64,000 bases of DNA from Candidatus Heimdallarchaeota archaeon (GCA_018238545.1 JABCTC010000002.1:32001-96000), one strand, 5' to 3'; shown: positions 39,628 to 49,292, counted from the stretch's first letter. Numbers and translations: made by a program. Notes: generated from the sequence alone by a model not told the origin.

Positions 39628-40101
39628 TTTACGATTTAGATATTTTTGTTCCAGTAATCGATCACAATATACACATCTTAAGATAAGTGGATCCTTCGAA
39701 ACAACATCAAACGAAGACACTATTGGTTCATGAGCATTTGATACGCAATTTGGATTAACACAGTCAACGAAATCTTCTACATGATTAGGAACCTTTAGAT
39801 TTTGTTTTTCTTGAACTTTATAATCTACAATAATGTTTACAGTTGCTGTTGGGGCAATAAAGGAAAGTTTCTGTGTATCTTGTGGTGTAAGAGCTTTTCC
39901 TCTTATTTTTACAACGTCTTTTAGTTTCATCTTTTTAGACGCAACCCTCATAGCTAATGCGACAGTATAAGGATAATTAGAATCTATACCAAGAATTTCA
40001 AGAATCTTCAAAGCCTTACCTGGGGGTATTCTATCTATAACTGTGCCATCTTCGATTTTTGTTACTATCAACTTTTCACTATTTTCACTCATTTTAATCA
40101 A
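39622..40101 (-). CDS. pyrI: Aspartate carbamoyltransferase regulatory chain
   Basis: IEDGTVIDRI, CVNPNCVS, CVYCD Zn site. Confidence 0.95.
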   Translation of the reverse strand: MIKMSENSEKLIVTKIEDGTVIDRIPPGKALKILEILGIDSNYPYTVALAMRVASKKMKLKDVVKIRGKALTPQDTQKLSFIAPTATVNIIVDYKVQEKQNLKVPNHVEDFVDCVNPNCVSNAHEPIVSSFDVVSKDPLILRCVYCDRLLEQKYLNRKL

Positions 40102-41011
40102 TTCCTAAATATATTAGAATTAAAGCCATTCTTACCCAAACACCATTAAGTGCTTGCTCAAAGTATCTGGAATGTTTGGTTTTATCAATGGAATAATCAA
40201 TCTCATCCACACGGGGAAGAGGATGTAAAATGATAAATCTGTCCTTAACGTTTTTGATGTCTTCTGTGGATATTTGATAAACTCCCTTAAGCCTTTCATA
40301 ATCAACAGGATCTGGAAATCGCTCTTTTTGAATTCGCGTCATGTAAAGAACATCAAGATCGGAGATGATATCTTTAAGATTCTCCTCAATATTATATTTG
40401 AATCCATTTTCCTTTAATCTCAAAGCTACATTCTTTCTTAGTCTAAGGGCAGGAGGAGCAATCAAATGAAGATCAATGTTTTCATACTTAGCCAAAGCGA
40501 ATAGAAGTGAAGGGATGGTTCTTCCATAGAGTAAGTCACCCATCACACCAATACTCAAATTATCAATTTCCTTAAACTCCTTTTTAATTGAGTAAAGGTC
40601 AAGTAAAGCCTGAGTTGGGTGCTCTTGCGAACCTGTTCCTCCTGATATCACTGGAATTGAAGCAAAGTTTTTAGCTATCTCTCCTACACCCTCTATATAG
40701 TGTCTTATGACTGCAATATCAGAATAAAGATTAATCATTCTTATCGTATCAGATATACTTTCACCCTTAACAGCGCTACTTACTTTAGCACTAGTAAAAC
40801 CTAATATTTGTCCTCCTAGCCGTAGCATTGCACTCTCAAAAGAAAGTCTAGTTCTTGTGCTTGGTTCAAAGAACAATGTTCCAAGGATTTTTCCTTTACA
40901 CTTATCTGCAAATTGATCAGGGTTTGATTCTATTTTAGAAGCAAGAGAAAAAATCTGTTCAATAAAGTCTTTGGAAATAATTCTTGTTGAGAATAAATGT
41001 TTTGGTATCAT
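40094..41011 (-). CDS. pyrB: Aspartate carbamoyltransferase catalytic chain
   Basis: FFEPSTRTRLSF, KGESISDT, HPTQALLD, RIQKER, HPLPR. The likely start is ATG 41011 (ORF track 41110). Confidence 0.96.
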   Translation of the reverse strand: MIPKHLFSTRIISKDFIEQIFSLASKIESNPDQFADKCKGKILGTLFFEPSTRTRLSFESAMLRLGGQILGFTSAKVSSAVKGESISDTIRMINLYSDIAVIRHYIEGVGEIAKNFASIPVISGGTGSQEHPTQALLDLYSIKKEFKEIDNLSIGVMGDLLYGRTIPSLLFALAKYENIDLHLIAPPALRLRKNVALRLKENGFKYNIEENLKDIISDLDVLYMTRIQKERFPDPVDYERLKGVYQISTEDIKNVKDRFIILHPLPRVDEIDYSIDKTKHSRYFEQALNGVWVRMALILIYLGID

Positions 41012-41170
41012 TTTTGTACCTTTTTTCCGAAAAGAGTAAAAAACAACTAAGTTATAAAAGATGTGATGAAACAGAGAAAATTTGCAAAATAATGTAAAAA
41101 CTATTTCCAACGAGATAGTTTTTGTGAAACCTAAAACAAGGATTAAATATGAAAAAACAATCTTACATCT

Positions 41171-41989
41171 ATGAGTACTCCCCTTCTTACTGATTTTGTA
41201 GACAAATATGCTGATGTTGTTAAGAAAAAAAACAGCATTTTATGTGTAGGTTTAGATCCAGCGTTGCCAATTCAGAGAATGAGGAAAGTAATTCCAAATG
41301 ATGACAGACTCGAATTCATGAAAAGAATAATAGCTGATGTTGCACCATTTGCAAGCGTAATTAAAATGAACAGACAATACCTAATAGGTCTTACTGCGGA
41401 TGAGATACGACAACTAAATGTTTTGATACATCAACAAGGTATGCTTTCTATAGTTGATCACAAACTTGCAGATATAAGTTCCTCAAACTCTTCTGCTATT
41501 TTCTGGATAAAAGAGGAAGGTTTCGATGCTTTTACCTTGAATCCTTATGGAGCGAATATCGAGGAAGCTACAAGAATGGCTCATGAAAAAAAACTCGGGA
41601 TAATTGTAGTAACCCTAATGTCAAACCCACAAGCGATAATTCAAAAACTGCTTAACATATACGAAAATCCCTTCTTTTTACATGTTGCGGAAATATGTAA
41701 ATTCGCTAAATCGGATGGTTGTATGATTGGAGCTGGAAGACATATTAAATTAACAGATATCGCCCAAATTAAACAATCTATAGGAAATAATGCAGTTGCC
41801 CTAGTTCCTATACTAGGTCAACATACAGAAAGTGCAAAGCATACAATTTTGCATTTTGGAGATAAAACACTAGTTAGTGTTGGTGGAGCAATTTTATACT
41901 CTGATAATCCCCCGTTAAAAGCCAGAAAATACCAAGAACAATTTAATGCTTATAGAGAAAAAGTAAGTCAGAAAAGTTTAGGAATTTAG
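41171..41989 (+). CDS. pyrF: OMP decarboxylase paralogue with altered phosphate-binding motifs
   Basis: CVGLDP, DHKLADISSS, MSNP retained; PILGQHTE and SVGGAI replace PGVGAQGG and NVSRGV. Confidence 0.8.
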   Translation: MSTPLLTDFVDKYADVVKKKNSILCVGLDPALPIQRMRKVIPNDDRLEFMKRIIADVAPFASVIKMNRQYLIGLTADEIRQLNVLIHQQGMLSIVDHKLADISSSNSSAIFWIKEEGFDAFTLNPYGANIEEATRMAHEKKLGIIVVTLMSNPQAIIQKLLNIYENPFFLHVAEICKFAKSDGCMIGAGRHIKLTDIAQIKQSIGNNAVALVPILGQHTESAKHTILHFGDKTLVSVGGAILYSDNPPLKARKYQEQFNAYREKVSQKSLGI

Positions 41990-42579
41990 ATTGTTGTGCT
42001 GGTAAAGACAAGTTCTTCCCCTTTGTAAGTTAATGTGCCTCTAACCAAGTTACTCCTTTTTAGTTCAGCTCTACATAATGGACATGTCTCTTTTTCTTTC
42101 AACCAATCCTCAAAGTGTTTTGGATGCCCTGCATAGTTGCAGTTTGGACAAAGAATTACACCGAGTTTCTCTTTATCTTTAAAATCAAATTTTTGCAGGC
42201 AAATTATACATTTTTCTCCAGAAATAGCTTCTTCGACTTTTCTAGCCCAACTGGATAATTCTTTCGCTTCTTCTTTATTTGTTTCTTTTGGATCCTTTTG
42301 CTGAATCTGATGAAGAACATTGAGAATTTTCTCTTTATTTACAAAGGAGATCGATTCAGAGGTTTCAATCTTTTCTTCTGCTTTTTCTAGAAAAGTAGCA
42401 ACTTGTTTCTTAATAGCTTTGAATGACTTCTGTAATCCAGTAGTGAGTTTATCTGAAAAAGTATCAGTATCTTTTTTTACTTTTTGCTCCTTAACAATTC
42501 TATTACCGCAATATGGACAAAAATCGCTCACTAAGGAAATCTGTCTTGAACAGAACTTACATCGCTTATTTTCACTCAT
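41986..42579 (-). CDS. Zinc-ribbon plus RING-finger protein (candidate E3 ubiquitin ligase)
   Basis: N-terminal CKFC/CPYC; C-terminal CIIC...CPNC...HPKH...WL...CPLCR. Confidence 0.82.
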   Translation of the reverse strand: MSENKRCKFCSRQISLVSDFCPYCGNRIVKEQKVKKDTDTFSDKLTTGLQKSFKAIKKQVATFLEKAEEKIETSESISFVNKEKILNVLHQIQQKDPKETNKEEAKELSSWARKVEEAISGEKCIICLQKFDFKDKEKLGVILCPNCNYAGHPKHFEDWLKEKETCPLCRAELKRSNLVRGTLTYKGEELVFTSTTI

Positions 42580-42597
42580 TTTTAAGAACCCTTGTTT

Positions 42598-43476
42598 TCA
42601 TGGTAATTCTTTTTTAGCTTCACATTGGGGGCAGTACCACCAACTTCCACCTTGTGGAGGGAAATATCTTGTCATTCCAATTCCACAGTTTTCACAAATT
42701 TCAGAATGGTCTTCAAATTCTAGTGCAATTTGTAGAAAATCATGAGTCTCGAAGAAATACTTTGAGAATTTAATAGCATCTAGAATCTTGTCTACTGCAC
42801 CTAATTCTAAAACTGAACCATGAATCCTATGAGTAGTAATGTAATCGTAAGCTTGGCGTGGTTTCAATTTGTCTTCAGCTAATGGTTGTGTTGCTATGTA
42901 CAAGTATTCAGAAGAATTTACAATCATCTCCATAAGACTACGGTTATGTAAACCTAATCCAAGCATATTGAAAGGAAACATGAAGATGTTAAGTTTAGAA
43001 TTTGAGGTAATAAAGAATGAAACAGTACCGATGGGTTCCAAACTATAAATTCCTATGTTATCCCCATACTTCCCTATAGAACTGATAAATTTCGTAACAA
43101 TGTCATTATCCCTTTGATCAACAACAGAATGGTCTAGGAATATCACAAGTGGTTTAAATTTTAATTTATGAAATAAAGTAAGCAGACCATTTATTTCTTC
43201 AAATCTAACAATGATCATGATTTGAAAGTCTGGAATCTCACCATGTAATAAGTTAAGAAAATTTACCATCTGTTCATTATATAAGTAGAATAAACAAGCA
43301 TTTGAGCCTGCTTTAGAAGTTCGTTTAAGAGCAGGTAAGAGTGCTTCATGGTTTTTAAGTAAATGATCATCAGGAATGTCCTCAAACCTTGAATATTTAA
43401 CGGAACCAACTATAGTTTTAGGGATAATATCTTTCAATCTTTCAAATTCGCTCATTGAACTCAAATACAAATACAC
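42598..43476 (-). CDS. Hypothetical protein: degenerate aldo/keto-reductase-like barrel plus C-terminal Zn ribbon
   Basis: FMFPFNMLG, IATQPLAEDKL resemble AKR-like strands; C-terminal CENC...CPQC. Confidence 0.55.
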   Translation of the reverse strand: MYLYLSSMSEFERLKDIIPKTIVGSVKYSRFEDIPDDHLLKNHEALLPALKRTSKAGSNACLFYLYNEQMVNFLNLLHGEIPDFQIMIIVRFEEINGLLTLFHKLKFKPLVIFLDHSVVDQRDNDIVTKFISSIGKYGDNIGIYSLEPIGTVSFFITSNSKLNIFMFPFNMLGLGLHNRSLMEMIVNSSEYLYIATQPLAEDKLKPRQAYDYITTHRIHGSVLELGAVDKILDAIKFSKYFFETHDFLQIALEFEDHSEICENCGIGMTRYFPPQGGSWWYCPQCEAKKELP

Positions 43477-43536
43477 TAGAGTTTTTTAAAAGTTATCGCA
43501 TTAACTTAAGTCCAACTTATATCTCAGAAAAAAGTA

Positions 43537-44778
43537 TCAAGCTCCTTCATAGAACAAATTATCCCATTCTTTATGGTCAATAAGAAACTGGCATTGATTT
43601 CTTTCTAACATTTCTAAAATATATGGAAGTGATTCATCATGAAGAGGTAAATTTTCCACTTCGCTAGAGTTCATCCTTTTCAGGTCTCTCTTGAGCGTTT
43701 CAAGTAGTATACTATCTTTCTGAATACGAATTGCTTCAAATGATGAGTTCTGTATTATTTTAGATTTTAAGAACGCAATTCGAGATAATACTGTTGAAAC
43801 ACGTCTGTTAAAATGCAACAAACCTTCTGGAATATAGCGGGGTTCAAAGAAAGGGATTTGATATTTCTTACTCATCTCATATCCTATTTTAATAGGATCT
43901 ATTAGATTCAGTTTATGGGAATAATAAGTATCTGGGATCCCACTTGGATGTTCATTTATATACAATTTAGTATATTTCTCAAGAAGTTCAGGATAGTACT
44001 CCTTTATGATGGAAAGCATCTCAACCTTGTGTCTCCCTGGGCGTAGAATTAATCCTCCTGTTATAACAAACTCAGCATTTACTTCTTGACATCTCTTGAA
44101 CAGATCTTCGAGATTCTTTCTTGCATCACCGATGAATGGTAGAAGAGGTGTCATATACACTCCTGCGGGTAAACCCTCTTCTCTAAGTTTTTGAACAGAT
44201 GAAAACCTTTCTTCAGTAGTACTCGCTCTTGGCTCAAAAATCATTTGTTCTTCTTGGTCTGATAATGTTATGGTAAGTGATATTCTTGCAAAAGATTGTT
44301 GATGTATTTTTTTGAGAATGTCAATATCACGAAGAACAAGAGTGTTCTTTGTAAGGGATCTAATAGAAAAACTGAAATCATATGCAATTTGAAGTAATTT
44401 TCTAGTTACTGATAGAACTTCTTCTGCTGGTTGATATACATCACAGATTCCTCCTCCAATGAAAAGAATAAACTTACTTGGGAGATTCTGTTTTGCAGAT
44501 TCGCTGATAGATGGCATAAAATCAACCAAAGTATCTGTACGTTGTCTGTTAACTGGGTAAAATCCTCTTCCTCGTAAGAATTGTTCTAATAGTTCAGGAG
44601 CATTAACTTTAACCTTAATATTGTTGCTGAATTCATCATGGAGGTAGAAGCGTTTTGCTTTGCCATTACAATATTTGCAATCGTGATAACATCCTTGATA
44701 GGGATTGAGATGATACTGTGTTTTGTGTGCAGTATTATGAATTAATGTTTTGGCAATAATTTTCTCTATCTGCATCAA
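43537..44778 (-). CDS. Radical SAM protein, spore-photoproduct-lyase-like (SplB/Rv2578c type)
   Basis: LNPYQGCYHDCKYC, DVYQPAE, LTK, RDID, FEPRA, PLLPFI. Confidence 0.88.
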   Translation of the reverse strand: MMQIEKIIAKTLIHNTAHKTQYHLNPYQGCYHDCKYCNGKAKRFYLHDEFSNNIKVKVNAPELLEQFLRGRGFYPVNRQRTDTLVDFMPSISESAKQNLPSKFILFIGGGICDVYQPAEEVLSVTRKLLQIAYDFSFSIRSLTKNTLVLRDIDILKKIHQQSFARISLTITLSDQEEQMIFEPRASTTEERFSSVQKLREEGLPAGVYMTPLLPFIGDARKNLEDLFKRCQEVNAEFVITGGLILRPGRHKVEMLSIIKEYYPELLEKYTKLYINEHPSGIPDTYYSHKLNLIDPIKIGYEMSKKYQIPFFEPRYIPEGLLHFNRRVSTVLSRIAFLKSKIIQNSSFEAIRIQKDSILLETLKRDLKRMNSSEVENLPLHDESLPYILEMLERNQCQFLIDHKEWDNLFYEGA

Positions 44779-44831
44779 AAATCACAAGATTAATCTTAGA
44801 ATAAAAAACGATATTTGAATATTTAAATATG

Positions 44832-44866
44832 AAAAAATAAAGAAATAAAAGATAAAAAGAAGAAAA
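44832..44866 (-). terminator. Oligo(T) terminator after fixX
   Basis: A-rich plus-strand tract, i.e. a long T-rich run on the coding strand right after the stop. Confidence 0.5.
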
Positions 44867-45178
44867 TCAGCTTTGTTTGAATTCTACTCCAAATCCACCT
44901 TTGGGATTGTTCCAGTCAACACTACCATGAGGACAAACAATACGACAAACTCCACATTCAAGGCAAGCTATGTAATCATACGATACGGGCCCTTCTGCAT
45001 CTTCCCCTTCAATGAATTTATAACAGTCAGTTGGGCAACAATAGACACAGTCATGTGTTGTGCATTTTGCTTTGCATATTGCTGGATCAATGGTTATATG
45101 TGCATAGTTATGATCTGATGTGAACTTTGTTAGATCTAGTTTTTCTTCAATTGTCATGACTTTCTTTGTATCGCTCAT
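44867..45178 (-). CDS. fixX: Ferredoxin-like protein FixX
   Basis: HI...C...C...CVYCCP, CLECGVCRIVC, WNNPKGGFGV. Confidence 0.92.
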   Translation of the reverse strand: MSDTKKVMTIEEKLDLTKFTSDHNYAHITIDPAICKAKCTTHDCVYCCPTDCYKFIEGEDAEGPVSYDYIACLECGVCRIVCPHGSVDWNNPKGGFGVEFKQS

Positions 45179-46485
45179 AATGAATTCAATCCTCCTATAA
45201 CGTCTTTGATTGCTCCTAGAAGCTTAGCTCGTGATAATATGTGCTTGATTGCAGCTCTGGTTATCTTTTCTCTCGGCTTTCCATCATTTTTCAATAACCT
45301 GTAGAAAAGACCATTGATTAGTTCAGGATAATGTGCGAAAATTCTTTCATTTTCGAGGAATTTTGCTGCTCTCTTGAATGTCTTTAGATCTTGGTAAGCG
45401 AAGCTTTTCTTGAGCTCATTTTTGTAAATTTTTGTAGATTTCTTTGTATAGTTGTTGGATTCAAGAATCTTCTTTGCAGCCTCTCCAGCTACTCTTCCGG
45501 ATTCTAAAGCAAAATTTATGCCTTCGATATAGAGACCAGCATTAAGTGCCATTCCTGCTGCATCACCAACTACTATTACACCATTTCCATAGAGTTTAGA
45601 GAGATTTTTGAAACCACCTTCAGGGATCATATGAGCAGAATATTCAATCATTTTTGCATCCTTGAGCAATTTTCTGATATATGAGTGATTTTTGAAATCT
45701 TCAAGAACATCTGTTGCTTTTAGTTTCTTGTCTGCTAATGATTTAGCATTTAGTATTAAACCAAAAGAAAGGGTGTTCTCATTGGTATAGAAAAAACCAC
45801 CACCAGGAACGCCACGAGAATGACCTAAAATCTCATTGCCTATTCCTTCAGTACCTGTAATATGGAACCTTTCCTCAATTTGCTTTTTTGGAAGTTCATA
45901 AGTTTCTTTCATAGCAACTGCATAATGATGAGCATGAGGATGTTTAGCCAATTTAGCTTTCTCAGTTAATATGCGATTTGCACCTTCAGCGATTATGACT
46001 AACTTTGCTCGTAATTCCTCTTCCCCAGATTTAATTCCTACAATCTGCTTGTCCTTCCAGACAAAATCCTCAACCATAGTATCAGGAAGAATCATTGCCC
46101 CAGCTTCTTCAGCCTTTTCGGATAACCACCGATCAAATTTAGGTCTTAAAACGGTTATACCGTTGTAAGGTGTTTGATTGAAATCACGTAAGTCGATGTC
46201 AATTGTCATTGTTCGTGCTTCAGACATCATTGTAATTTTCTTTGTTGTTAGATGTCTCTCAAAAGACTCCTTATCTTCCCAATAGTTGGGGACTAAATTG
46301 TGCAATACAGGACCATAAATAGCTGCACCACTGACATTTTTAGCCCCAGGGTACTGTCCTCTTTCTAATACAGCAACCTCGACCCCAGCACGTGCAAGAA
46401 CCAGAGCAGCTGCACAACCTGCAGGACCTGCTCCAACTATTATTGCCTCAAAATCATATTCTTCGGACATATGCTTTGAGCTCAA
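45175..46485 (-). CDS. fixC: ETF:quinone oxidoreductase-like flavoprotein FixC
   Basis: VGAGPAG, ERGQYPGAKNVSG, EYSAHMIPEGG, VGDAAG. Confidence 0.92.
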   Translation of the reverse strand: MSSKHMSEEYDFEAIIVGAGPAGCAAALVLARAGVEVAVLERGQYPGAKNVSGAAIYGPVLHNLVPNYWEDKESFERHLTTKKITMMSEARTMTIDIDLRDFNQTPYNGITVLRPKFDRWLSEKAEEAGAMILPDTMVEDFVWKDKQIVGIKSGEEELRAKLVIIAEGANRILTEKAKLAKHPHAHHYAVAMKETYELPKKQIEERFHITGTEGIGNEILGHSRGVPGGGFFYTNENTLSFGLILNAKSLADKKLKATDVLEDFKNHSYIRKLLKDAKMIEYSAHMIPEGGFKNLSKLYGNGVIVVGDAAGMALNAGLYIEGINFALESGRVAGEAAKKILESNNYTKKSTKIYKNELKKSFAYQDLKTFKRAAKFLENERIFAHYPELINGLFYRLLKNDGKPREKITRAAIKHILSRAKLLGAIKDVIGGLNSL

Positions 46486-46524
46486 AATATTGATTTATAA
46501 ATAAATCGACTTAACGAAAAAGTG

Positions 46525-47220
46525 TTAATCTTTCATATTGAGTCCATAACCCCAATTCCCGTCTTCATCATAATTGAAGGATTTAAACATGCCAAAAGCA
46601 TTCCAAACCTCATCAAAAACAGGTTGCATAAGTCGCGGTATGTTATCAACTTTGTTAATATCTTCAATGAAAATATCTTCTAATTTCAGATTTTCCTCTG
46701 AATATAAAGTAGGTTGAACACCTAGAATTTCTTTATTTAATTTCATTGTGTAATCCTTAATCTGGGCAAAAGAGAGATACATGAATACTGGAGATTCTAC
46801 ACCAATCCTACGAAACACTTCAAAATAATACGGGATAATTTTCAGTATTTCCTCTTCAAAAGCAATGCTAGGAATCTCTCTCTTTGAAACGATAGTTTTG
46901 ATTAGACTGCCTTCAACAGCTTCAATTATTCCTTTACGGTAAAGGTGAGCATATGATCTTGTATTCCCTTCCAAGTCTGTTGTATAGGTGAGAAAACCAT
47001 CAAATGTGTGACTTGTTTCAACACCAATAGATTTTATTGGAAGTAGATATTTTGGGTTCCTTTCTATAATTTCAATATTGTAATTAGGATCTATTGTCGA
47101 CCGTCCCTCAGCTATTAGATGGAGAATGATTTTTGCACCAGGAAGAAATCTTACTGGAGTGCGATTATTTTGTAATTCTTTTACTCTATCATTACGGAAT
47201 ATTCCATTCACAAATCTCAA
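46525..47220 (-). CDS. Hypothetical protein resembling the C-terminal domain of Schlafen/AlbA_2-associated proteins
   Basis: KIILHLI, FDG, SYAHLYRKGIIEAV, FDEVWNAFG...SFNYDEDGNW pattern (recalled similarity); own TATA-like TTTAAAAA upstream. Confidence 0.55.
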   Translation of the reverse strand: MRFVNGIFRNDRVKELQNNRTPVRFLPGAKIILHLIAEGRSTIDPNYNIEIIERNPKYLLPIKSIGVETSHTFDGFLTYTTDLEGNTRSYAHLYRKGIIEAVEGSLIKTIVSKREIPSIAFEEEILKIIPYYFEVFRRIGVESPVFMYLSFAQIKDYTMKLNKEILGVQPTLYSEENLKLEDIFIEDINKVDNIPRLMQPVFDEVWNAFGMFKSFNYDEDGNWGYGLNMKD

Positions 47221-47399
47221 TCCTTTTACTCTTTTTTAAATATCTTTTCTGCTGATGATACTATATTAGGACAGTTACTGAAGTACTATATTATGTTAGT
47301 GGAGATGGAATTTACTTTAAAGAAATAAACTAGGCTTGGATAATCTAAATGAAATCTTTAGAGCTCAAAATAACTTGAAAAAAAAAGTTAGAAGAGAAT

Positions 47400-48356
47400 T
47401 TACTTTAATTTCTCTTTTAGGATTGGTAGGATTGTATGCATGTCGCCGATGATGGCATAGTCTGCATAATTGATGATAGGTGCGCCTTCATCTGTATTAA
47501 TGACAATTAGCGTTTTTGCCTTAACTCCAGACATATGTTGAGGCGCGCCTGAAATGCCAGCAGCAATATACAAATCAGGAGATACAGATTGACCAGTTTG
47601 ACCTATTTCATAAGTCTCTTCAACCCAATGAACGTCAGTGCAAGCTCTTGTAGCTCCTATTTGACCACCAAGTAAATCAGCTAATTCACGTATAATTTGG
47701 AAGTTTTCTTTACCTGCAACTCCACGACCTGCAGCTACTATTACTTTAGCATCTTTAAGATTTACAGTTCTTTCTGCTTTCTTGATCTCAATGTGTTTCA
47801 CTAATCTGTCTGCATCATCAAAAGTAACAGAGACACTTGTGACTTCTGGGTTAGTTCCTGAAGGATTTTCATCTACAAAGAAAGCTCCTGGTCTAGATGT
47901 TGCAAAAGCAATATCACCAACTACTTGTGTTATTTTCATCGCTTGGTCGTCTCTAACGGGAGTGTGAAAGTGTATATTGTCACCTTCAACCATGAAATCA
48001 ACGAATCTCTGAGCACAAGAAGTATTACTTCTTACTGCCAATCTAGGAATCAAATCTTCTCCATAAACTGTTCCAGCTGCAACAACAAACCTTGGATTAA
48101 CTTGGTTGATTATTTCCATCATGACTTTTGTATATGTTGCACTTAGATATACTTCTAATTCAGGAGAAGTAACAGTAACGACTTGTTGAACACCATGTAA
48201 TCCTAACTCTTGAATCCATTCGTCTTTCAGATCTTTTCCAAGAAGCGCTCCAATTATTTCAGCACCCTTAATGGTTGTTTTAATCTTGTTTAAAATTCCA
48301 AGAGTGTTTTCTTCGATTTTATCATCTCTAATTTGGATAAATACTAATGTTTTCAT
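47400..48356 (-). CDS. etfA: Electron transfer flavoprotein alpha subunit
   Basis: AGRG, GATRA, IGQTG, LYIAAGISGAPQH, INTD, ADYAIIGD. Confidence 0.93.
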   Translation of the reverse strand: MKTLVFIQIRDDKIEENTLGILNKIKTTIKGAEIIGALLGKDLKDEWIQELGLHGVQQVVTVTSPELEVYLSATYTKVMMEIINQVNPRFVVAAGTVYGEDLIPRLAVRSNTSCAQRFVDFMVEGDNIHFHTPVRDDQAMKITQVVGDIAFATSRPGAFFVDENPSGTNPEVTSVSVTFDDADRLVKHIEIKKAERTVNLKDAKVIVAAGRGVAGKENFQIIRELADLLGGQIGATRACTDVHWVEETYEIGQTGQSVSPDLYIAAGISGAPQHMSGVKAKTLIVINTDEGAPIINYADYAIIGDMHTILPILKEKLK

Positions 48357-48360
48357 TTTA

Positions 48361-49161
48361 TTACGCTCCTAATTTAATTTCATCTTCTTTTAATTTAGCA
48401 AGAAGTTTATCAACCATCTCTTCAGGTTCTCCTTCATTAATGAGGAAGGTTTCTTTCTCGATAACAATGTTCGTAAGTGATATTTGCTTCAAAGAAGCAG
48501 CATCTGCATTAACCTCACTGGTTTCTAATCCCAAATCCGCAGCAGACCAAACAGGTATTACTGCTTTCTTAGCGGCAAGAATTCCTCTCATTGTTGTATA
48601 TCGAGGAATAAAATATTGACTGTCACTGCAACTTACTAGTGCTTTTTGAGGGACTTCAACAATTTTCTTTCCACCTTCTAGAACATGCCCTATTCTAAAA
48701 CCTGAGTCTATAATTTCCATTTCTTCAGCGGTTAAAACGCTAGGAATATTCAACATTTCAGCTAGCATTGCTGGTGCAGCATAAGAACTAGAAGATTGTT
48801 CTTCCACTCCAAGTAGAATCAGATCATAATCACCGATTTTATCCAATGCTTTGGCATAAATTTTGCTTAAAAGATATGGATCATCTGTGTAAAAAGCTTC
48901 ATCAGCTATTTCTATTGCATTTGTGCAACCCATAGCAATTGCTTCTTTGAGAGCTTTGTTTGGTTTAATGCCTCTCACACAGACTGCTGTGACCTCAGCG
49001 CCTTGGCTGTCTTTGAGTTTTAAAGCTCCTTCAATTGCATTTTTGCCTGTTGGGTTGATCACCAAATCATCATCACTTACTCGTGAAGCGTCAAAGTAAT
49101 CTACACCCTGTAATTTTACTTGAGTGCTTACTATTTGCTGTATAAAAACAACGATTTTCAT
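48361..49161 (-). CDS. etfB: Electron transfer flavoprotein beta subunit
   Basis: INP, ALKLK, AIAMG, DLILLG, PRY-x-x-MRGILAAKK. Confidence 0.9.
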   Translation of the reverse strand: MKIVVFIQQIVSTQVKLQGVDYFDASRVSDDDLVINPTGKNAIEGALKLKDSQGAEVTAVCVRGIKPNKALKEAIAMGCTNAIEIADEAFYTDDPYLLSKIYAKALDKIGDYDLILLGVEEQSSSSYAAPAMLAEMLNIPSVLTAEEMEIIDSGFRIGHVLEGGKKIVEVPQKALVSCSDSQYFIPRYTTMRGILAAKKAVIPVWSAADLGLETSEVNADAASLKQISLTNIVIEKETFLINEGEPEEMVDKLLAKLKEDEIKLGA

Positions 49162-49292
49162 ATTACTCAGAGTGTCTGAAGTTACGTGTTAAATAAACAT
49201 TACGTCCTTTCGGAAAATCAATAATGAGAAAACAGAAGAATTAAGAGGAAAAATGTTAAAAGTTAGTATAACTTACAATCAGTGGTATCGAA

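Noticed and set aside
41012-41110. 33-aa N-terminal extension of PyrB
   Set aside because: AT-rich promoter-like sequence; homology starts at the Met at 41011.
41073-41130. C box-like GTGATGA in the pyrB/pyrF spacer
   Set aside because: No downstream D box or guide.
47252-47301. Second C/D sRNA (CTGATGA...CTGA) or XerD-like arm TTATGTTAG
   Set aside because: No C'/D' pair or recognisable rRNA complement; the dif left arm is missing.
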